From a virus, in the IMG/VR virus record IMGVR_UViG_3300020403_002374, positions 37,582-101,581 of that record: 64,000 nucleotides of DNA. The stretch is one strand, 5' to 3'. Position numbers and translations under genes: made by a program. Under the pieces are notes generated by a model that was given only the letters and a program-made list of their open reading frames with translations, was not told the origin of the DNA and ran no database searches. Positions 49,005-58,100 of the stretch are shown piece by piece (the stretch's first letter is position 1; each line of letters begins with the position of its first letter).

Positions 49005-49883
49005 TTAGCTTTCCGTTGCTGTTTTTGCTTCTTTTTTAACTGGCTTCTTTCTAGTCCTTTTGGTAGGTTTTTTAACCACCAAATCGTTTTCATAATGTTC
49101 CGATATTTGATAAGTACCATCTTCTGTCAAGATGTCACCCTCTTTATCGACACGTTGACCTTCGTCATTAACATAAAACCCTTCTTTATCAATTCTGTTG
49201 CCTTCTGTGTCAATTAATACGTCTGGATCATTGGGGTCGATCAAGCTCAGATCATCATTAATTAAGTTAAAGTTGGCTAGGAATTTATTCTCTGGAAGAT
49301 TCTTCTCAAAAGAGTTATCTAGATTGTAAAGCATTTTACCTAAAAGTCCAGCGGCGGCAAATGCGATTTCATCTGCACTCTTTTGATTATACTCTTCAAA
49401 AGATTTATACACGGGTTGGCCGTTTGCGTGGAAAGTACAGTGTGCTACTAAAAAATCAAATCTGGCATTATCCGCAAGTGAGTCGGCGGTATTTTCCTCC
49501 AGAGTCAATCTTTCTGTAATTAAATCTCTAAGTTCTATTCTTTTTCGCCTAATTTGAATTGCAAGATCCCGACCCTCAGAAACTTTTGGTTTTCTGTGTC
49601 CAGCTTTTCCATGATAAAGTTCTTTTTCTAGTCTGATAATATCTTTTGTAATTTGCTCTTCTTCTTTATCTTTCTTATCATCCCAGATTCCACGTTTACG
49701 CATGATTACGCCAAGCTCTTTTTTGGTAAGAACACCATCTTGGATTGCATTACCCCAGACTTTATTCTTATGTGCGTCAGCTTTCTTGATAACACTATTT
49801 GGTGGTTGTCTTACAACAATCTCCAACTCTCTAGCATCATCATCTTTTCCAATCTTGACCGTCTCTTTCATCTCTTTTATCAT
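49005..49883 (-). CDS. Putative tail assembly chaperone
   Basis: Charged helical protein directly upstream of the TMP. DxxG tandem repeats and a basic tail. Confidence 0.55.
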   Translation of the reverse strand: MIKEMKETVKIGKDDDARELEIVVRQPPNSVIKKADAHKNKVWGNAIQDGVLTKKELGVIMRKRGIWDDKKDKEEEQITKDIIRLEKELYHGKAGHRKPKVSEGRDLAIQIRRKRIELRDLITERLTLEENTADSLADNARFDFLVAHCTFHANGQPVYKSFEEYNQKSADEIAFAAAGLLGKMLYNLDNSFEKNLPENKFLANFNLINDDLSLIDPNDPDVLIDTEGNRIDKEGFYVNDEGQRVDKEGDILTEDGTYQISEHYENDLVVKKPTKRTRKKPVKKEAKTATES

Positions 49884-49884
49884 T

Positions 49885-50253
49885 CTATTCTCCTAAACTT
49901 TCTCTATTCTTAACCGGAATGGTTGCCTGATACCTCAACCATTTCACATCGTATTGTGCCAACTCAGCATCAATGTTCCTTGCCTGTGTATTCCCTTTAT
50001 CCAAAATTTCTGATCTAACCTTTTGGAAAGCATCATACATCATTTTTTGTTCTGGTGATAGAGATTGATTATCAATTGAAGTCCACAAAAAGGCAAAATG
50101 ATCTTCGATAGAGCTAAGTGCCCCGATCATTGTTGTCTCCACCTTTTTTCTTAAAATTTTTGATAACCTATCTCTTGAGTCCTGTTTATATTTATCCTCT
50201 CTAGTAGATTTATATTCAGACTGCTGTCTAATTAAATCATTTAAATTATCCAT
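49885..50253 (-). CDS. Hypothetical helical protein (tail assembly region)
   Basis: Probable ATG start at 50253, just after the upstream stop and a GGGAG RBS. Confidence 0.55.
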   Translation of the reverse strand: MDNLNDLIRQQSEYKSTREDKYKQDSRDRLSKILRKKVETTMIGALSSIEDHFAFLWTSIDNQSLSPEQKMMYDAFQKVRSEILDKGNTQARNIDAELAQYDVKWLRYQATIPVKNRESLGE

Positions 50254-50254
50254 G

Positions 50255-51292
50255 TCATCTCCCGGTTCTTTCTTTAAAGGCTTGGTTAGCTTGAGCACGA
50301 ATCTCTAGCTTTCTATCTTGGAAGTCAGAATCCGTAGCCTTGCCTTGTCTCTTTACCTGTGCCATCCTTTGTTTTCTTATCGTTTCAGCGTGAACATTAT
50401 TCATTGACTGAATTGAAGCTGCTTCTTTTTGTGAATCAGTAACAATCATAACTTCGTCTGAGTTAGCTATTTTATCGTTACTGGTCCTACTTTCAAGCTC
50501 TTGTTTTGCTCTTTCAGATTCGCTTTTCTTCCTCTGTACTATAAACCATCCGTCCAACATGTCATCATCATTTATGACATCTTCGGTTGGGCAATCCATA
50601 GATTCTTGAATGTTGTCATACATTCTCGACCAAATCAAAATACCTTTTTGGTCGTTTGACAATTCTCTCCCCGGCTCATTTGAAAATAATGGTGCATGAT
50701 CTTTAACGTTCCAGCAAAGCCTCCAAGGGTCGTTTCTTGCCAGTTCTCTAATATCTTTTTCTGAAAGATGTAAAGAAGAAAATTGGTAGAACAGGGAATT
50801 TATGTCTACGTACTCTAAATCAAGTAATTCATTCCCAACATAACAACATCTCTCGAACAGGGCTAAGTTTTTTGCTTCTGTTGCGATGCCTTCACATGTC
50901 TTAGAAAACATAGAGTTTTTTTCTGCTCTAGCCTTAGCAATAGTTTTTTCTGTGGCCCTTATAAAAGTTCTTACCTCTTCTCTTGCTTTTACTTTGCTTC
51001 TGAAATTATAAATCTGCACCTTTAAATTTTCAAGTCCATTTTTTAGATCTTCTATCTTCTTGTCTTTATCTTTTGTCCAAATTTCTTTTTCTAGCATCCA
51101 TTCTAGGTTTTCTTCTTCTGTCATTACGCCGTTTTTTTGAGAGTCCAGCATTGACTCCATGAAAACCTCATCTGAATAAACCATGTCGTCTATTGTTGGC
51201 GTCTTAACCTGAACACTTAGGGTATTTAGTTTAAGTCTATAAACGCCAGACCTTAGTCTAGATACAAAATATTCCCGCTCATAGACATTCAT
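50255..51292 (-). CDS. Putative tail assembly chaperone-like protein
   Basis: Between tail tube and TMP. Charged coiled-coil. PTEDVINDDDMLDGW motif. Its N-terminal half parallels 49005-49883 (GVMT...IWT vs GVLT...IWD). Confidence 0.55.
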   Translation of the reverse strand: MNVYEREYFVSRLRSGVYRLKLNTLSVQVKTPTIDDMVYSDEVFMESMLDSQKNGVMTEEENLEWMLEKEIWTKDKDKKIEDLKNGLENLKVQIYNFRSKVKAREEVRTFIRATEKTIAKARAEKNSMFSKTCEGIATEAKNLALFERCCYVGNELLDLEYVDINSLFYQFSSLHLSEKDIRELARNDPWRLCWNVKDHAPLFSNEPGRELSNDQKGILIWSRMYDNIQESMDCPTEDVINDDDMLDGWFIVQRKKSESERAKQELESRTSNDKIANSDEVMIVTDSQKEAASIQSMNNVHAETIRKQRMAQVKRQGKATDSDFQDRKLEIRAQANQAFKERTGR

Positions 51293-51391
51293 ACAAACCT
51301 CTAGTATTGCGGGAATTATTATGTTTCATATTTTCCTTCCTAAAACAACCCCAAGTCACTCGCTGTCCTATATGCTATCGCAAAACGGGGT

Positions 51392-52762
51392 TTAAGGTAT
51401 TGGTTTATACCAATTCTCTGTCGCCAAGTGAGTACCTTCAACAAGTCTACTTGCACCAACAGCAAATGCTCCAGCACCTTTGTCGGCAGCGAACTTGGAA
51501 ACACCTTGCAATCCAGCACCCAGCGTTGTAATACCAAAGCCGATTCTGTTTTCATGCCTATAATCTTGAACATCAAGTTGATTAAAGTTACTATAACTAT
51601 AAGTCACGGCAGCATTTCCCCCACCGGCATCACCTCCACCGTAGGAAATACTTGAGAGCTTATTCTTGTTACCCAAGTCAAAGCCGTAGCCAGCCCTCAA
51701 GAGAACGAATATACATTCATCTTGTAGGTTGTCACCACTACTTTTCAAAAGCACTCCGGTATCTGGATCTTTCATCAAATCTGGATCTCCAAGCTCGTAA
51801 GCACCAACGAAGTCACCAGAAGTTGTGATTGCTTCAAACTCGCAAGTAACTTCGACTGGGAAGTTTGCTGGTCGGAAGTAAGGTGTTTTGCGACCCAATT
51901 CCAAGATGTCTTCACGACCAAAGTCAGTACTACATGTAAAGTTTTGGATATGAACCATCGGGCCTTTAGCTGGCTTGTTATAATCAATCAAGGCGTTACC
52001 GTAACCGGAGGCAATTGGAATGTTTAGACCATCTCCAACACCCTTGATGCTGAGTGGCAAAATACTACCTGCCAAAATAACATCTTCACGTCTTTGAATA
52101 CCACCACTAGCACCAGCAATAGCTCTTGGGGTGTCAGTTCCATCAAAGCCAGCGACTTCTGCTTGTCCAATAGCAACACTATCGTTAGCACCAGTTCCTG
52201 AGTCAAAACGCCCTTCGTCGGCACGCAACCATTCTTTGTTGTTTCCAACCAACGTCATCGACTCCGTTGCATTTCCATCAACTGGAACGGTGTAAGAAAT
52301 ACTAGAGACATACATTCCAGAGCAATACACCTCAACTTCAGCACGACTGTTTGTTGTGCTTGGCAAAGCAGGCGGCGAGCCGTCAATTAGGGCGGTGGCT
52401 ACGTTGTTCGCAGAGGCATCAAAAATTCCAAGATGAAGGTCACACTTCTTGTCTGCACGAGCAGCGATACCTGTCTGACCAAGACCATAAATACCGGTCG
52501 TAGCCAAGTGGTAAAGAAGTGGGTATCCATCAAGCAATTTTTCCAGTGTAACTTCTACATCTGGAACACCCTCGATGTTCTCGTAAATCTCAATCTGGGC
52601 AAGCTCAAAAGCCTGTTCCAAGTTAAAGTTTGTTGTGATTCCAACGCTCTGCACACCGTGTGCTATATTCGCGGCCTCAAGGCGGTCGTGATTTTCACCC
52701 GCCCCTTCTGGACAAATTGCCACAGCTTGGCAAGCGTAGAATATTCTTTTATTGTCTGACAT
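51392..52762 (-). CDS. Major tail (tube) protein
   Basis: HGVQSVGITTNFNLEQAFELAQ...PDVEVT and a second similar unit IQNFTCSTDFGREDILELG...FPVEVT form a duplicated tube fold. Has its own candidate late promoter and canonical gene order. Confidence 0.75.
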   Translation of the reverse strand: MSDNKRIFYACQAVAICPEGAGENHDRLEAANIAHGVQSVGITTNFNLEQAFELAQIEIYENIEGVPDVEVTLEKLLDGYPLLYHLATTGIYGLGQTGIAARADKKCDLHLGIFDASANNVATALIDGSPPALPSTTNSRAEVEVYCSGMYVSSISYTVPVDGNATESMTLVGNNKEWLRADEGRFDSGTGANDSVAIGQAEVAGFDGTDTPRAIAGASGGIQRREDVILAGSILPLSIKGVGDGLNIPIASGYGNALIDYNKPAKGPMVHIQNFTCSTDFGREDILELGRKTPYFRPANFPVEVTCEFEAITTSGDFVGAYELGDPDLMKDPDTGVLLKSSGDNLQDECIFVLLRAGYGFDLGNKNKLSSISYGGGDAGGGNAAVTYSYSNFNQLDVQDYRHENRIGFGITTLGAGLQGVSKFAADKGAGAFAVGASRLVEGTHLATENWYKPIP

Positions 52763-52802
52763 TAATATCTCTCCTGTTCGTAATTGAAAGATTTTCTATT
52801 AA

Positions 52803-52817
52803 ATTATACACAAAAAT
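52803..52817 (-). promoter_or_regulatory. Candidate late promoter ATTTTTGTGTATAAT, copy 2
   Basis: Intergenic, 41 nt upstream of the major tail protein start. Identical to 16537-16551. Confidence 0.7.
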
Positions 52818-52818
52818 C

Positions 52819-53799
52819 CTATATATTTGATATTATTCCCTCAGTTGTGAACCTGACGATCCCTCCAAAAAGGTTAGAGGATACCATGTCCATTCCTTCC
52901 ACAGTAGTATTCGTTATTCTAAACTGGCCTTTTATGTAGTTTTTCAATATTTCTGGATAAAGCAAGGCACTTGGAACAGGAGATCCATATTCATCTAATG
53001 GATATGCATTACTGTTGCTTAATGCGTTACTATCAATATTATACACTATTTTGTCATTTTGAAACGAAATAATGTCTACGAGCTTATTTCTGGTCATTTC
53101 ATCCTCTGCTATGCAGTGAACTAAGACATCCGTATAAACCCATTGACCGCCACCAAGTTGATAGCCCTTAAATTTCCTAGTGGGGACTATTTCTATAGCC
53201 ATTGCAGGTAGTTGTAACCTGCACTCCGGCGGTATATTCCAAGACCCCGTACTTGTCTCGTAAAACTCACTTATTGGTTGCTGCGTCTTTGTTTGTATCT
53301 CTCTCAGCCAAGGTACATTATTGGCGTATACAACATTTATATATTTATAACTAAATTCCGCTTGTAAGTTAGTTCCTGTTGGGATCGGGTTGTCAAATAC
53401 GACCCTGCCATTAAAATAATCAACATAGTGCGAATAATCACCCACACCTGAAGTAGGTTCAAATTGATCATTTACATATACGCCGGATATTCCGGGGTTG
53501 TCAACATTAGTTCCCACGATGGGTGCCGGTATATTTACACCAGAAACACCGCTTTGCCAGACCCAATTAGACCTAAAACCTTCCCAAACTTGACCAGAAA
53601 CATAAGCATCATTTGATGACATTCTGAGCCTACTCATGTCTTGACCATTTGGAGAAAGCTCCCCCTTGGTCACGTTAAAGTAGTTACCCTTTTCTAATAA
53701 AGCCCAGTCTAAATATTCAATCAAACTATCCTGAATATTATTATTCAAGATGTCATCATGAATACTTCCAAAGCCCTTTAACCCATAATAATTAGCCAT
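52819..53799 (-). CDS. Putative tail terminator/completion protein
   Basis: QLPAMAIE...YQLGG...DVLVHCIAED..TRNKLVDII resembles tail terminator folds. Immediately upstream of the tube gene. Start moved to ATG 53799. Confidence 0.6.
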   Translation of the reverse strand: MANYYGLKGFGSIHDDILNNNIQDSLIEYLDWALLEKGNYFNVTKGELSPNGQDMSRLRMSSNDAYVSGQVWEGFRSNWVWQSGVSGVNIPAPIVGTNVDNPGISGVYVNDQFEPTSGVGDYSHYVDYFNGRVVFDNPIPTGTNLQAEFSYKYINVVYANNVPWLREIQTKTQQPISEFYETSTGSWNIPPECRLQLPAMAIEIVPTRKFKGYQLGGGQWVYTDVLVHCIAEDEMTRNKLVDIISFQNDKIVYNIDSNALSNSNAYPLDEYGSPVPSALLYPEILKNYIKGQFRITNTTVEGMDMVSSNLFGGIVRFTTEGIISNI

Positions 53800-53800
53800 C

Positions 53801-54442
53801 CTAGAGTCCTGCAAAAATTGAATCAACGACCTTTGAAATTTCTTTTTCTCTTCCTACAAACATTCTAGTTATAAAGTTGTTATTATCATTGCCAGCAAAT
53901 TCTGGTGGAATCCTCCAAGCACCGCCAAAGGCCATGAAACCACCACCAGTTCTACCAAACGAGGTGTCAGGTTCATATGAGAACCCATAGACAATAGTTT
54001 TTGTGCCAGCAAATAAAAGCCAGTTTATCCACTCTAACGACTGACCACCTTCTGCAACAATACTTGCGTCTGGTATCGCTAGAATATTTTTGAAATCTGA
54101 GGGTTGGAAAGACATGTTTATCTTTATGTCTTGTAATTTTGACCCCTTTATTACTTTTACTTCTATACTTTTAGATATGGCGTTTACAATATCATTTATT
54201 GCTGATTCCGCTTTAGCGGGAACTAGTCCTATTTGTGCTCCAAGAGATTGAGGTAAATTCCCACCCCTTAGTGATTGAACCTCTGGAGAAGATTCTACCC
54301 AACTTGGAATTAAATTTTGTAACCTTTTTTTGACATTTTTTACTCTAGCATCAATGATAACACTAATCTCTTCAAACATAGCTTTCTCTATGTCTTTTTT
54401 GATTGATGCATCTGCATCTACTAGGTTTAATGAAATACTCAT
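53801..54442 (-). CDS. Putative neck/tail completion protein
   Basis: Located between the closure and terminator genes. C-terminal WLL.G...GRTG...W.IPPEFAG...NFITR. Confidence 0.5.
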   Translation of the reverse strand: MSISLNLVDADASIKKDIEKAMFEEISVIIDARVKNVKKRLQNLIPSWVESSPEVQSLRGGNLPQSLGAQIGLVPAKAESAINDIVNAISKSIEVKVIKGSKLQDIKINMSFQPSDFKNILAIPDASIVAEGGQSLEWINWLLFAGTKTIVYGFSYEPDTSFGRTGGGFMAFGGAWRIPPEFAGNDNNNFITRMFVGREKEISKVVDSIFAGL

Positions 54443-54924
54443 TGTGCCCTCTGCCAAAAACAACCAAAGTAACGATTTTGTCTTAAACCCATAGGAAATG
54501 GTTCACCAAACTTAGTAAACTTGAAGTCTCGTAGCTCCTTGATATTTTTATGAACATGCAAATATTTTGCCCTCATGACCTTATCTAAGTCAGAGGCAAA
54601 GAATATCGTTTGTATGCTGTTATCAGGAACTACTATGTCTCCACCTGCCTTAATCCAGCTTTTGCTATCCCAGTACACCTTTAGTCTTATTGTCTCTCGC
54701 TTTTCTACTTCTTTTATGGTTTTCTCTCCACGCTTATAGTTGTTTGACTTACGTCTGTGTGCATTAATAGACTTATTATGCGGAATATTATCAAAGGTAT
54801 TAGAAATTTCTTCTACCTTCTCGATAAATACTAGTTCACAGTCAATACCAAAAATGTCATTGATAGTTGAATCAATGATATCGTAGTATTTTGTGAAAAC
54901 GCTTTCTGGGATATTAATAGGCAT
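54439..54924 (-). CDS. Putative head closure (stopper) protein
   Basis: Size and position. C-terminal GEPFPMGL...YFGCFWQR. Confidence 0.5.
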   Translation of the reverse strand: MPINIPESVFTKYYDIIDSTINDIFGIDCELVFIEKVEEISNTFDNIPHNKSINAHRRKSNNYKRGEKTIKEVEKRETIRLKVYWDSKSWIKAGGDIVVPDNSIQTIFFASDLDKVMRAKYLHVHKNIKELRDFKFTKFGEPFPMGLRQNRYFGCFWQRAQ

Positions 54925-54939
54925 CTTTAAAGCTCCATG

Positions 54940-55140
54940 TTAGGAAGCACCACCACCGTAGTGTTCGTCAAATCGTCCGCTAGTTCTAACGTTCATCACG
55001 CCAGATTCTACAAACTGATTTACGTCTGGAGCACGTTTTTGTGCATTTGATCCAGACTCAAACACTAGAGTGACTAAAGAGCCATTCTGTATTCCCGCCC
55101 CTGCGGTTGTTACAGGTTTTACTGCATCTTGTGCTGGCAT
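54940..55140 (-). CDS. Small hypothetical protein
   Basis: GGAGAG RBS. Fills the gap in the operon. Confidence 0.55.
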   Translation of the reverse strand: MPAQDAVKPVTTAGAGIQNGSLVTLVFESGSNAQKRAPDVNQFVESGVMNVRTSGRFDEHYGGGAS

Positions 55141-55199
55141 TTTATTCTCTCCAAGTTATTTAAAATGATTATAAATTAAACTAAATTCCTGACTACCCA

Positions 55200-58100
55200 T
55201 TAGGTATTAACGACTTCATAATCTCCAGTGATCGGATTAAACATGTACCATCCAACGCCGTCGCCAGCGACCGCTGCAAAAGCCATCGTTGGTCCAGATC
55301 CATGAGGATTTAAAGCTGGAAATACGAGACAAACCGCCCCAATTTCTTTAGAGATTATTGCACCACGAGCATCTTTAAGTTGGAAATTGTCACCAGATCC
55401 AACCTTAGTTGTCGCCGTGGGAAGCGTTAAGTATCCGAAGTTATTTACAATAATGTTTCTACCAGAATTTTTGGTATATTCAACTACATCTTCAGTATTC
55501 TTTGCGTTACCATTAGATTGCCTATCGGTATACGTCTCAGCGACAAACATCGGCTCAACCTGAATAACTGATGCGGTTGTTGGTGTAGCGATGTCCGCAG
55601 CAACTTTTAAACGTATGTGGGCATCATTTCCATCTGGCGGTGTGATATTTAAAACAGCATTATTTATCGTTTGCAGGACTTCATTTTCATCTGCTCCATG
55701 ATCAGGTAATGGTTTACCAATATGGAGGTTTGTGCGAGTATCAAGTGGGGAAATAATACCACAAATGTGATCTCCAATATTGAGTATTCCCGGTGTGTCT
55801 TTAGGTGCCCAGCCACAATCTCTTGTTGGCTCTTCTGATTGATTTCTTATAAGGATGGAGTTTCTATTTCCATCCATTTTAAACCCAGCGTAAGACCCCA
55901 ACATTACACTGTGATCTAACTGGTGAGACTCTCGTGCTGCTGATGTACCAATAGCAACAAAATTTATTTTTTGATTGCTTCCCTCTGCAACAGATTCAGA
56001 TCCAGAAGCAGCATACGCAGCATTTCGACCAATTGCTACACAGTTAGCTGTGTAGTAAGAATCTGCTAGAGCATAAGTACCTATACCGATAGAGGCTTCA
56101 TTATTTCCAGAAGCAGACAAACCAGCCTGTAAACCCATATAAATTGACTGTTTACTATTTTGTGTGTATGCACCCGCTTCTCTACCAACTGATATTGTGT
56201 CGTCACCATTGAAACTATGCTTATTAGCTGCCGTACCTATGGAAATTGAATTTGGAGAATCCCATGTTTGTTTAGCAGCAGAGGTTCCCACTGCGATGGA
56301 ATCTTTAGAACCACTACTTGCTGAGAACGCAGAATCACCAATAGCTATAGACCTGCGATTGTAAGAAGAGGCTATAGACGCATTATTACCAATTGAAATA
56401 ACTCTTGGGCTTTCTTCCAATAATGCACCCGCATTATAGCCGATATTAACCGCCTGTGCAGATCCAGAAGCCATATGACCAGCTAGGTTTCCGATATGTA
56501 CGGAACCACCAATGTCATGATTAAGAAGGGACCAGACACTTACACTACTATCCTCAGTATTATCCGCAGTTGCTCCAACGACCAATGTCTTACCATCGCT
56601 TGTAAGGGCAACGCTTGAACCAAACCGTGTATTTGTTCCATTCCCCGCCAAATCACTAGACCAAGATGTTGCCATAGATTGGTCAACTGTTGGGTTTAGA
56701 TCTTCCCAGTCAGACCCATTCCAGCGGAAGGTATGAACTCGTCCAGTTTGTTGTCCAGAATATTGCCATACATATTCTCCAACAACGATAGTTTTACCAT
56801 CATCAGAAATGTCAACGTCGTACCCAAAGTAACTAGCGGTGGCTCCGTTCGTTGCTGTGATTGTAGAACCAAGTTGAACAAATTCACCACTCTCATTTGA
56901 TTTGTAAACTTTGACCTCTCCAGTGGAACTACTGACTTGGGAGTTTCCTATTGCTATAATGCTTCCATCTGCATTTAATGCAATAGCATACCCGTCAGTA
57001 AAGGTTGTAGCGTCATTGATCCTTTCTGTAACAGTTTGAAGGGCTGGATTAATGTCGAGAATTGCAGCACCTTTTGTGGTAGAAACAAACCCCGGCTGAA
57101 CAGCTAAGACACGACCATCACTACTTAATGCTAAGTCACCAACATCGCTAGTTCCGATAATAGTTTGATCTACTTCAGTCCAATTTGCTGAACCCGCAAA
57201 CGTGCTTGGTGCATAAGTGTTTCTAAAGGCGATTTTAACTTTATTAGTAGAATTACTTCTAAATGCAATAACATTACCATCTGCACTTACAGTCACAGCA
57301 TAACCAAAAGAAGCGTCGGTCCCCGCAAATGTTTTCTGTAAAGTATACGGGCCGTTTGTTACATCGTCTGTATCATTCCAGTAATAGACTTGTACTTGGG
57401 ATTGCCCAGTGGAGGAGCTTCCATGAGTTCTTCCAACTACTAAAGTTCTGCCATCGGCACTCAATGCCACCTGATCGTTTCTATTAAGAGCATTATCTCC
57501 ATATAATATCTTCACTAACTCAGCCCCTTTTGAGGCTAAAGAGTAACCGTCTTCTGGTTTTTTTATCTTAAATACGGCGACAGCACCCTGTGAAGATATG
57601 TCATTTTCGGTGACTGGCATTGCCGACCGTTCACTTGCACTGGCCCAGTAAGCATATCTCATACTAGCCGCGACTATACTGCCGTCTGCACTGATAGCAA
57701 CATTAGCACCAAGCTGTACATTATCAATAGAGCTTCTAATGAGCATCTCTGGAATATCAGCATTATCTAAACTACCCCAAATCTTTGTGCCAGCAGCAAA
57801 GTCACGAGAATCATCACCTTTATTGAACATGCCAGCGTTATGACCAAGTGCAACAGTTGTAGATTCATCTCTACTTCCATAACCAGCAAGTCGGCCCATA
57901 AATATACTATCGTAGGCATTGTCTACATCACCACGATCCACAGGTAATGTTTGATATAGGGCTTCAATATCTGGTTGTATAATAATATTATCGCTATTAT
58001 TTAACTCCAGTACTGATAGATGACCTGACCCATTTGGGTCCATAATATAAAATTCGTCTTTAAGAATAAGACCACTAGCACCTTGAGTTCCAACACCAAT

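Noticed and set aside
50270-50285. TTTAAAG as a -1 frameshift site for a tail chaperone
   Set aside because: It is phased TTT AAA G in the 345-aa ORF rather than X XXY YYZ. The next ORF is in the +1 frame and has its own RBS and ATG.
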